From: an uncultured Actinomycetota bacterium
GTDB lineage: Bacteria; Actinomycetota; UBA4738; HRBIN12
NCBI GenBank assembly: GCA_963750945.1
Contig: CAVVSH010000015.1
Location: forward strand, 554,215-618,214
Reading direction: 5' to 3'
DNA length: 64,000 bases
Under the pieces are notes generated by a model, which was not told the origin of the DNA, made no database searches, and was given only the letters and a program-made list of their open reading frames with translations. The position numbers were made by a program, and so were the translations under genes. Below, piece after piece: positions 55,514-64,000 of the stretch. The stretch's first letter is position 1; each line of letters opens with the position of its first letter.

Positions 55514-56279
55514 GCTCGTGCACCTCGAGGTGGACGACGGCGTCGGGATCATCCGCCTGGATCGTCCACCGGCGAACGCGATCTCGTTGCAGCTGTCGAT
55601 CGAGCTGTTGGCCGCGCTCGAGGAGGCGGGATCACGTGACGACGTCGGCGCGCTGGTCGTGTGGGGAGGCCCGAAGCTCTTCGCCGCGGGCGCGGACATC
55701 AAGGAGATGGTCGACCACGGGCCCGACGAGATCCGCAACCAGGTGACGCAGCTCGGTGACGCCTGCGATCTCCTGGAGGCGACGCCCAAGGTCTCGATCG
55801 CGGCGATCACCGGGTTCGCTTTGGGCGGCGGGTTCGAGCTCTCGCTCGCGTGCGACCTCCGCTACGCGGCCGACGACGCCACGGTCGGGCAGCCCGAGGT
55901 GCGGATCGGCGTGATCCCCGGCGCGGGCGGTTCGCAACGGATGACCTGGCTCGCGGGTGCCGGGGTGTCGAGGGATCTCAGCTACACGGGCCGGCAGGTG
56001 GACGCCGAGGAGGCGAAGGCGCTCAAGCTGGTCGAGCGGGTGCTGCCCGCGGACCGGGTCTTCGAGACCGCGGTGCAGGATGCACGGGTGTTCGCGCACG
56101 GGCCCAGGCGCGCCCTCGCGGCGGCCAAGGAGGCCATCAACGCGGCCGTGAGGACCCCCGGTCCCGCGAGTATCGCGAGGGAGAAGGAGCTCTTCATCGC
56201 GCTGTTCGGGGGCGATGACCAGCGAGAAGGCATGCGGGCGTTCATCGAGAAGCGGCCTCCGGAGTTCCTGGGCAGCTGA
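55506..56279 (+). CDS. Enoyl-CoA hydratase/isomerase (crotonase family)
   Basis: Crotonase oxyanion motifs (FAAGADIKEM and GGGFELSLACD). Confidence 0.85.
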   Translation: MPELVHLEVDDGVGIIRLDRPPANAISLQLSIELLAALEEAGSRDDVGALVVWGGPKLFAAGADIKEMVDHGPDEIRNQVTQLGDACDLLEATPKVSIAAITGFALGGGFELSLACDLRYAADDATVGQPEVRIGVIPGAGGSQRMTWLAGAGVSRDLSYTGRQVDAEEAKALKLVERVLPADRVFETAVQDARVFAHGPRRALAAAKEAINAAVRTPGPASIAREKELFIALFGGDDQREGMRAFIEKRPPEFLGS

Positions 56280-56429
56280 GACCTCCCGCCCGGGTCTGTG
56301 GCGTCTTCGTGACGACTCCGACCGGGCTGAAACCGAGGAATGAACCGGTCCCTCACATCGTTCGAATCACACGACGAGGAAGGACGCCCGATCCGTCCTC
56401 AGCTGAGACGACGAAGGGAAGTGAACGAG

Positions 56430-56639
56430 ATGGCGGAGGAGAGTTTCCGGGGCCAATCGGTCCGGTCGCTCCCGAGGGCCAACAAGCGCTATCAGGCCGA
56501 TCGCAGCTGTGCGGCCCCCGGGTGTAACACGAAGCTTTCGATCTATAACAAGTGGGATTACTGCTGGCAGCACGAACCGGTCCACACCTACATCGCGCGC
56601 GGCAAGCGACGCAGCCGCAAGGAGATGGAAGCCGCGTAA
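56430..56639 (+). CDS. Small hypothetical zinc-binding protein (69 aa)
   Basis: ATG 56430 preceded by GAAGGGAAG. Contains CAAPGC...CWQH, a C-x4-C...C-x2-H arrangement. Lies in a region of lower GC. Confidence 0.4.
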   Translation: MAEESFRGQSVRSLPRANKRYQADRSCAAPGCNTKLSIYNKWDYCWQHEPVHTYIARGKRRSRKEMEAA

Positions 56640-56696
56640 GGACCCCCCTTCGCGGAACCCCCCGACGACCCTCCCGCCCGGGAGGGTCGTCGCGTG

Positions 56697-57283
56697 TCAG
56701 TCACGGTCGGTCAGGTCACGACCTCGGGTGACAGTCGTCGCCTCGCCTGGACTGATCGTCTGCTGGAAGAAGTACGTTTGCGTTCGCTCCGTTGAAGACC
56801 GCCGCCCGAAGCGCGGTGCCGGACTTCCAGGGCCTCCAGTGCCCGGGCCGATCGGGTACTGCACCCCGAATCGCAGGTCGTGGGAGAGGCGTTTTCGCCA
56901 CCTCACCGTGAAGGAGTTCGTGGACGGCGCCGCCAGCGCTCTCGGGAGCACCTTGATCGGGGCATGCCATTGCCCGAGGACGACGGCGGAGAGGTAGGTC
57001 CCGGCCCCGAGGATCCGTCTTTCCCTCTCCTCGCCGGGATCCAGGGTCACGGTCCAGAACCCGTCACGTTGGTACACGGTTTGGGTGCCGGTGCACGCGT
57101 TGTCTATCGTGATGGTCTCGCCGAGAAGGTGGACCGCGTCGGGCTGGACATGGAGGCGGCAGCTGAGATCGAACTGGGTGAGCGCCTGCAGGATCGTCCG
57201 CGGCTCGGGACGCGGAACGCCTGCCGATGCCGATCCGCGCCGGCCACGAGAGCGATCGCGATCCCGAGGGCAACTCTCTTCAT
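56697..57283 (-). pseudogene. Small secreted protein of about 190 aa with a frameshift between the signal peptide and the mature region. It uses codons that are unusual for this genome.
   Basis: Minus-strand ATG at 57281-57283 gives MKRVALGIAIALVAGA (signal peptide) and then runs out of frame. The long ORF (track 56697..57602) continues in another frame as ...HLLGETITIDNACTGTQTVYQRDGFWTV.... Rare codons (ata, aga, aaa, caa) are seen. Confidence 0.35.
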
Positions 57284-57440
57284 CAAGGTTGACGATCTTT
57301 CGGCGCAGGTTGCGGAGGATAGGGCGTTCTTGGGCAGGTCTGCCTGATTCAAGGTAGGCGATCTTCCCGCCGATGCAGGCAGGAGACCGCTCCCCCCGAG
57401 CGCGATGCCGATGCCGAATGAAACAGAGCAACCTCCCGCG

Positions 57441-57581
57441 ATGCGAGAAGGCGATTGCCCGTACTGCGAGCGGACCGTGCTCGTGTACGAGGAGCCGCCT
57501 CGCTGCCCGCTCTGTGACTGCCCCCTGGAAGAGCACGGCATGCGCCCGTTCTCCTTCCCCGTCGAGCCGGAGCGCGACTAG
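57441..57581 (+). CDS. Small Cys4 zinc-ribbon protein (46 aa; absent from the ORF track)
   Basis: MREGDCPYCERTVLVYEEPPRCPLCDCPLEEHGMRPFSFPVEPERD* has two CxxC pairs 18 aa apart and very high GC3. No obvious SD. A possible upstream ATG at 57405 has poor codon usage. Confidence 0.4.
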   Translation: MREGDCPYCERTVLVYEEPPRCPLCDCPLEEHGMRPFSFPVEPERD

Positions 57582-59347
57582 ACGAGGTCCGCGCGGCGCC
57601 ATCCTCGCGTGTCGCTGATCAGTGCGAGCTCCTCCGAGGACCGCAGGTCTTCGATCGTGACCGGCGCCTCGACCAACGCCCCTTCTTCCAGCGCCACCGC
57701 GCGCCCGATCCCCGGCAGAAGCCCCGACCCGATCGGTGGTGTCACCCAGCGCCCATCCGTCCGTACCGCCACGTTCGCGATCGTCGACTCGGTCACCTCG
57801 CCCCGGTCGTTCACGAGGACGACGTCGTCGGCGTCGGGATGGCGGCGGCGTGCCTCCTCGTATCGCTCGCGCCGTGAGGTCTTGTGGAACAGGAACACGT
57901 CGCGGGGATCCTGCGGCACGTCATCGAGCGCGACGCGCACCACATCCGGGTCGCTCGCGAGCGGCGTGCACACCACCCTCGCTGTTCCGTCCTTCGTGAG
58001 GGCGAAGCGGACCCGGCACGGCGTGGCCGGCGCGGACGCCACGGCCTTCTCCACCGCCTCACGCACCTCGGTCTCGTCGTACCGGAAACCGAAGTAGTCG
58101 GCCGACTCCGACAGGCGCCGGAGGTGCCGGTCCAGGTGACGCGTGCCATCCGCGGCGTCGTGACGCATGGTCTCCAGGAGCTCGAAGCCGGGACGACGCG
58201 CGGTCAGGACGCGGGTCTTCGCGACCGCCTCCTCGTATTCGGCCTCGGCGTCGGAGTCCCACGTGATGCCACCGCCCACGCCGTACTCCGCCGTTCCCGA
58301 GGCGGTGTCGACGGTCACGGTACGGATCGCGACGTTGAAGCGAGCGCGCGGATGCCCGGATCCATCCGGCGCGAGGTAGCCGACCGCGCCGCAGTAGATG
58401 CCTCGCGGGGAGTCCTCGAGCTCGCTGATGATCTGCATCGTCCGGACCTTCGGCGCGCCGGTGACCGATCCGCTCGGGAAGAGCCCCCGGAACACGCCCG
58501 CCACCCCGACGCCGCTCTCGAGCTCGGAAGACACCGTGGTGGTGAGCTGCCAGACGGTCTCGTAGCGCTCGGCCTGGAAGACGTCCGCCCACGTGACCGA
58601 GCCGGTCCGGCTGATCCGGCCGAGGTCGTTCCGCAGCAGGTCCACGATCATCGCGTTCTCCGCACGATCCTTCGCCGAGGCGAGGAGACGCTCCGCGACG
58701 GCGCGATCCTCCTCGGGCCATCTTCCACGCGGCGCCGTGCCCTTCATGGGCTTGGTGACGATCGCGCCGTCGCGGAGCTCGAAGAAGAGCTCGGGCGACG
58801 CCGACAGGATGCGATAGCGCCCGAGATCCAGATACGCGGAGAACGCGCCGCGCTGTGCGTAGCAGAGGTCGCGATAGAGCCCGCGCGGGTCGCCCTCCAC
58901 CCGGGAGCGCAGGCGCATCGTGTGGTTCACCTGATACGTCTCGCCGGCCGCGATCAGCTCCCGGATCCGGTCGACGGAGGACTCGTATCGGTCGCGAGGC
59001 GTCGTCGGGATCCAGGTCCCCTCGGCGGCCGCGCCGACGCCGTCGTCCCGGGGGAGCGGCAAGGTGGTCTCCTCGGCGCGCTCGAACATCGCGAACCACG
59101 CCAAGGGGAGGGCGGCGAACGGGTCGTCGAGGGCGCGGGCGCGAACGACGAGGTCGGGGTCGAGGCCCGGCGCGGCTTCGTAGGCGACGAACCCCGCGAC
59201 CCATAGCCCGCGACCGGTCGCCGCCTCGGCGGCTTCGATCGTGCCGACGACCTCACCGGCGCGCGTCGCCTCCAGCACCCCGACCGGTTCCACGAGCCGG
59301 AACGACGGCGAGGCACCGGTGAGGTCGTCGAATCGGGCTTCCAGCAT
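57578..59347 (-). CDS. pabB: Aminodeoxychorismate synthase component I fused to aminodeoxychorismate lyase (PabB-PabC fusion)
   Basis: Chorismate-binding domain (SPELFF...GAPK...GIYCGAVGY) followed by a class-IV aminotransferase-like domain. 589 aa. Confidence 0.8.
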   Translation of the reverse strand: MLEARFDDLTGASPSFRLVEPVGVLEATRAGEVVGTIEAAEAATGRGLWVAGFVAYEAAPGLDPDLVVRARALDDPFAALPLAWFAMFERAEETTLPLPRDDGVGAAAEGTWIPTTPRDRYESSVDRIRELIAAGETYQVNHTMRLRSRVEGDPRGLYRDLCYAQRGAFSAYLDLGRYRILSASPELFFELRDGAIVTKPMKGTAPRGRWPEEDRAVAERLLASAKDRAENAMIVDLLRNDLGRISRTGSVTWADVFQAERYETVWQLTTTVSSELESGVGVAGVFRGLFPSGSVTGAPKVRTMQIISELEDSPRGIYCGAVGYLAPDGSGHPRARFNVAIRTVTVDTASGTAEYGVGGGITWDSDAEAEYEEAVAKTRVLTARRPGFELLETMRHDAADGTRHLDRHLRRLSESADYFGFRYDETEVREAVEKAVASAPATPCRVRFALTKDGTARVVCTPLASDPDVVRVALDDVPQDPRDVFLFHKTSRRERYEEARRRHPDADDVVLVNDRGEVTESTIANVAVRTDGRWVTPPIGSGLLPGIGRAVALEEGALVEAPVTIEDLRSSEELALISDTRGWRRADLV

Positions 59348-59433
59348 CGATCGTCACGATACGGCCCCGGCGGTCTGGAGGGGACCGTCGATTAGGCTCG
59401 ATCCCCTGAAAGGCGGGTGAACCCTTCGGAGCG

Positions 59434-62400
59434 ATGATCTGTTCGAACTGCGGTGTCGAGAACGAGCACGGAAGGAAGTTCTGCGGCAGTTGCGGCAGCG
59501 CCTTGTCGGTGGTCTGCGGCGTGTGCGCCACTCCAACTCCCGCGGAACGAAGTTCTGTGGCGATGTGGGTCGTCGCTCGCGACGAACCGGCGGCGGAAGT
59601 CGTCAGGGACATGCCCGCAGCCGAGCGTCGGCTGTATCCGTGCTGTTCGCGGATCTCGTCGGCTTCACGACGATCTCGGAATCGCGAGACCCCGAAGAGG
59701 TCCGTGAGCTGCTCACGGGCTACTTCGACACCTGCCGGCGCCTGATCGATCGATACGGAGGGACGGTCGAGAAGTTCATCGGCGACGCCGTCATGGCGGT
59801 GTGGGGGGCGCCGGTGGCGAAGGAGGACGACGCCGAGCGCGCGGTCCGCGCGGCGCTCGAGCTCACCGCCGCGGTCGCGAACCTCGGTGAGGACGCGGGA
59901 GCGGCCGACCTGCGCGCGCGGGCCGGGGTGCTCACCGGTGAGGCCGCGGTCACGCTCGGCGCCGAGGGACAGGGCATGGTCGCCGGCGATCTAGGTGAAC
60001 ACCGCCTCGCGCATCCAGGCGACGGCGAAGCCGGGTGGAGGTGTTCGTCGGCGATGCGACCAAGCGGGCGAGCGATGCTGCGATCGCGTACGAGGACGCC
60101 GGTTCTCACGAGCTCAAGGGGAAGGCGGAGCCGATGCAGCTCTGGCGCGCCGTGCGGGTGGTCGGGCTCGGAGAGGCGTGGCCACCTCCTCTGCACTCGA
60201 GCCGCCGTTCGTCGGCCGCGATCGCGAGCTCCGCCTCGTGAAGGAGCTGTATCACGCTACCGCCGACGAGCATCGGACACAACCTCGTCTCGGTGATCGG
60301 CGTCGGCGGGATCGGCAAGTCCCGCCTGGCATGGGAGTTCGAGAAGTACTTCGACGGCCTCGCCGACGACGCGTGGTGGCATCGAGGGCGCTGCCTCGCG
60401 TACGGGGACGGAGTCGCGTTCTGGGCGCTCGCCGAGATGGTGCGAGGGCGGGCCGGGATCGTGGAGGACGAGGACTCCGTCTCCGCGTCGGCGAAGCTCC
60501 GGGCGATCGTGGACGACATCGTGCCCGATCCGAACGAACGGCGGTTCGTCGAGCCGAGGCTCGCACAGCTCCTCGGGCTCGAGGACCGGCCGCCGGGAGA
60601 CGAGGCGAACCTCTTCGCCGCATGGCGGCTCTTCTTCGAGCGGATGTCGGACACCGACCCCGTGATCATGCTGTTCGAGGACATCCACTGGGCCGACAGC
60701 GCACTGCTAGAACTTCATCGAGCACATGCTCGACTGGTCCCGGGAGCGGCCGATCTTCATCCTGACGCTTTCCCGGCCCGAGCTACTGGACCGTCGACCC
60801 ACGTGGGGAGCGAGCAAGCGTGGGTTCACCTCGATCTTCCTCGAGCCGCTGCCAGACGGAGGCGATGGAATCGTTGTTGGCCGGACCGCTCCCAGGACTT
60901 CCCGTTGACGTCCTCGAGAAGATCCTGCAGCGGGCCGAGGGTGTTCCCTTCTATGCGGTGGAGACGGTACGGATGCTGCTCGACCGGGGCCTGATCGTCC
61001 GGGAGGGGAACGTCTACCGGGCGACCGGACCGATCGAGACGCTGAGGTCCCGGAGACGCTGCAGGCGCTGATCGCCGCGAGACTCGACGGCCTCGCGACC
61101 GACGAGCGGTGGCTCCTTCAGCGCGCCTCGGTGCTCGGGAAGTCCTTCACGCTTCAGGGGCTGGCAGCCGTGACGGACATCGAGGAGGCGCAGCTCGAGC
61201 CCACGCTGTCCTCGCTCGTACACAAGGAGGTCCTGGGGGTCACGACCGATCCGATGTCGCCCGAGCGAGGCCAGTACGGGTTCCTGCAGGACCTCGTGAA
61301 GAAGGTGGCGTACGACACGATGTCACGACGGGAGCGCAAGGCTGGGCATCTCGCGGCCGCCTCGTACCTCCTCGGTGCCGTGGACGAGGACGAGATCGTC
61401 GAGGTGGTGGCGGCCCACTACCTGGACGCCTACAAGGCTGAGCCCAACGCCGACGACTCGAGCGTGATCCGGACGAAGGCGCGGGACATGCTGATCCGGG
61501 CCGCCGAGCGAGCCGCCTCGCTGGGCGCCAACGCCGAGGCGCAGCGTTCGTTCGAGCACGCGACGGAGCTTGGAGACGACAGGCTGGAACAGGCCGGGCT
61601 CCTGGAACGTGCAGGGCGTATGGCGCGCGCCGGCGGACGGGCGGATGAGGCCACCGCCCACTACGAACGATCGATCTCGCTGTTCGAGGCCGAGGGTGCG
61701 ACACACCCGGCAGCCCGCGTGTCCGCCCGTCTGGCGGAGATCATGTGGGACCGGGGGCGGCTCGGCGACGGCGTCCGGCGGATGGAGCGCTCGTTCGCGG
61801 TGCTCTCGGAGGAGGAGCCCGACAGCGACCTGGCGGCGGTCGCGGCGACGCTCGCGCGGCTGCTGTTCTTCTCCGGGCAGGCGGCCGCGGCCGCGGAGCG
61901 CGTCGAGGTGGCGCTGGAGATCGCCGAAGCACTCGGGCTCCCGGAGGTCTTGTCCCAGGCCCTGAACACGAAGAGCCTCGTCCTGCTCGCGCGCGGGCGA
62001 CAGCGCGAGGCGCTCGCACTCTTGCGGTACGCCCTGGACGTCGCGCTGGACCACGAGATCCCGACGGCTGCGCTCCGCGCGTACTACAACCTCACCGACG
62101 CCGCGATCCAGGTCGATTCGTACCGTGAGGCGACCGAGCGGATCCAGTCGGGGCTGGCGCTGGCTCGCCGGGTCGGCCATCGCGACTGGGAGTGGCAGTT
62201 CGTCGGCCAGATGTACCCGCAGGTCGCGCTGGGCGAATGGGACGACGTGCTCGAAACCGCCGAAGCGTTGCCCCACGACGTGATCGACGACAACCGCATC
62301 GCGTACAACGGGTTCCTGTGCACCATCCCCTCGATCCGCGTCCACCGAGGGGAGCTCGACGGAGGCGAAGACCAGCCACGCGATCTTCGCCGACGCGGAG

Positions 62401-62968
62401 ACGTCCGACGACATGCAGGAGCGAGCGACCGCGGCGGCGGGGGCGGCGATCATCGCCCTGCGCGGAGGGGCGGCAAGAGGATGCCTTGCGCGACGCGCAG
62501 CAGGCGCTCGAGGCACGGAGTGAGCTCGGCATCGGCCACGAGGCGATGAAGGACGCGTTCGTGGAGGGGGTCGAGGCCGCCATCGCTCTGGACAAGCTCG
62601 AGGAAGCCGAGGAGATCCTGTCGATCGTGGCGGCGATCCCGCCCGGCCGACAGAGCCCGTACCTCGATGCGCACACCCTGCTGCTGCCGAGGCGGAAGCC
62701 GTCAGGGCGACGCGAGCCGGTGGAGTCCGGATACAAGAGCGCGGTCGGCATGTTCCGCGAGCTGGAGACGCCGTTCTGGCTGGCGGTCGCTCTCCTCGAG
62801 TTCGCGGAGTGGCTAGTGAACGAGGGTCGGAAGGACGACGCGAAACCGCTCCTGGATGAGGCTCGCGAGTGTTCGAGCGTTGCGAGCAAGACCCTGGCTG
62901 GAAAGGGTCGAAGCAGTCGCGATAGACTGTGCCACATCGGCTGAGATGGGTCGAGAAGTCGCTGTTAG
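59434..62968 (+). pseudogene. Large multidomain regulator: double zinc ribbon, class III adenylyl/guanylyl cyclase domain, AAA/STAND ATPase and TPR repeats. Fragmented by eight or more frameshifts.
   Basis: Recognisable blocks lie in successive frames. MICSNCGVENEHGRKFCGSCG is in frame 1. NSRGTKFCGD...VLFADLVGFTTISE...KFIGDAVMAVWGAP is the cyclase domain in frame 3. VNTASRIQATAKPG, EVFVGDATKRAS, PPFVGRDRELRL, IGVGGIGKSRLAWEF and ...HWADSALLELH follow, then the TPR region (61131..62549 and 62192..62944), ending ARPWLERVEAVAID* at 62968. The junctions inspected look like single-base losses in G/C runs. Confidence 0.65.
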
Positions 62969-62977
62969 CCTCGTCGC

Positions 62978-64000
62978 ATGCCTTCGGTGCTGGTCGCGAT
63001 GTCGGGAGGCGTCGACTCCTCGGTCGCCGCGTGCCTCCTGCACGAGCAGGGTTTCGACGTGCTCGGGTCCCATATGCGCTTGGTTCACCTCGACGGCGTC
63101 GATCACGGGTGCTGCGGACCGAGCGCGAGGCGGGATGCCGCCGAGACCGCCCGCATCGTCGGGATCCCCTTCGAGATCTGCGACCTCACGGACGCGTTCG
63201 AGCGGACGGTGCTCGCGGACTTCGCATCGGAGCACGAGGCCGGGCGCACGCCCAACCCTTGCGCTCGGTGCAACGGCGAGATCAAGTTCGGAGCGTTCCT
63301 GCGTCGAGCCGACGAGCTCGGGATCGACATGGTGGCGAGCGGGCACTACGTGAGGAAGGCCGGCGACGACGCGAGCGGTTGGCGGCTGCTGCGTGGGCTC
63401 GATCCCGCGAAGGACCAGTCGTACATGCTCCACATGCTCGGACAGGGAGCGCTCGCCCGGTCACTGTTCCCGGTGGGAGAGATCCCCAAGACGGAGACCC
63501 GCGCGCTCGCCGAGCGGTTCGGTCTCCCGGTCGCGACCAAGCCCGACTCGCAGGAGCTCTGCTTCGCCCCGTCGGGCGATGCCGGCGCGTACGCGCGCGC
63601 CAACCTCCCGCACCTCGTGCGCGAGGGCGATGTCGTCGACCCGGGCGGCGCCGTCATCGGACATCACGAGGGAGCGTTCGGGTTCACGATCGGACAGCGC
63701 CGGGGGACGGGCGTCGCAACGGGTGAACGACGGTACGTCGTCGACGTCGAACCCCGTGCGAACACGGTCGTCCTCGGGCCGGTCGAGCTGCTCGACCGCC
63801 GGGGGCTCGTCGCCGACCGGTTTTCGTGGATCGCGGGCGAGCCGCCTGGCGGCGGACCGTTCGAGGCAGGCGTCCGGATCCGCTACCGGGGCGACGACGT
63901 GCCGTGCGTGGTGGAGCCTCTCGACGACGCACGGGTCCGCATCGAGTTCCGGTCGCCTCAACGCGCGGTGGCGCCGGGCCAGAGCGCCGTCCTGTATCGC
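62978..64000 (+). CDS. mnmA: tRNA-specific 2-thiouridylase MnmA (5' portion; continues past the window end)
   Basis: PP-loop VAMSGGVDSSVAA, a catalytic Cys context (CARCNGEIKF), and the DQSY region. It has no stop in the window and so is absent from the ORF track. Confidence 0.85.
   Translation, partial: MPSVLVAMSGGVDSSVAACLLHEQGFDVLGSHMRLVHLDGVDHGCCGPSARRDAAETARIVGIPFEICDLTDAFERTVLADFASEHEAGRTPNPCARCNGEIKFGAFLRRADELGIDMVASGHYVRKAGDDASGWRLLRGLDPAKDQSYMLHMLGQGALARSLFPVGEIPKTETRALAERFGLPVATKPDSQELCFAPSGDAGAYARANLPHLVREGDVVDPGGAVIGHHEGAFGFTIGQRRGTGVATGERRYVVDVEPRANTVVLGPVELLDRRGLVADRFSWIAGEPPGGGPFEAGVRIRYRGDDVPCVVEPLDDARVRIEFRSPQRAVAPGQSAVLYR

Noticed and set aside
59560-59640. An AERR motif in frame 1 that seemed to require two further frameshifts in the cyclase linker
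   Set aside because: Frame 3 is continuous from the second zinc ribbon through VLFADLVGF, so only one shift (frame 1 to 3 near 59535) is needed here. The frame-1 match is coincidental.

Overview
The window is high-GC (~70%) chromosomal DNA from an actinobacterium. Gene order closely follows the well-known mycobacterial block argS-hom-thrC-thrB-rho-rpmE-prfA-hemK-tsaC-rfe(wecA)-atp operon-murA, and the presence of Bpa (C-terminal GQYL), a MarP-like CvpA-S1 protease and Rho with an RD-rich insert supports that placement.

Most of the window is housekeeping genes: pyrE and pyrD, a potABCD-type polyamine ABC importer, pdxH, tRNA-Arg(CCG), argS, the threonine pathway genes hom, thrC and thrB, rho, rpmE, prfA, prmC, tsaC, a low-molecular-weight protein tyrosine phosphatase, rpiB, glyA, wecA, a complete F1Fo ATP synthase operon, murA, meaB with a methylmalonyl-CoA mutase large subunit, a pabB-pabC fusion, and the start of mnmA.

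Observations worth a second look:
1. A cyclic 2,3-diphosphoglycerate synthetase, 2-phosphoglycerate kinase and Fsa-type aldolase cassette sits between thrB and rho. Together with a MarP-like protease and a metallophosphoesterase it interrupts the conserved synteny. cDPG is an archaeal-type thermoprotectant pathway.
2. A three-copy AT-rich 12-bp tandem repeat lies immediately 5' of the atpE Shine-Dalgarno sequence.
3. AtpA carries a long acidic C-terminal tail.
4. A run of nine translationally coupled genes follows murA. It includes two intramembrane proteases (CPBP and PrsW), two SCP2-like proteins and a large membrane protein of unknown function.
5. Two loci are broken by several single-nucleotide deletions in short G/C runs, while neighbouring genes are intact. 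One is the zinc-uptake znuA-znuC-znuB operon (four deletions), which sits next to zur. The other is a roughly 3.5 kb gene for a zinc-ribbon, adenylyl cyclase, AAA and TPR regulator (eight or more deletions). These are either true pseudogenes or localized assembly errors.
6. An island of lower GC at 56.3-57.6 kb uses rare codons and carries two small Cys-rich ORFs and a frameshifted secreted protein.

No CRISPR arrays, IS elements or integrases were seen.
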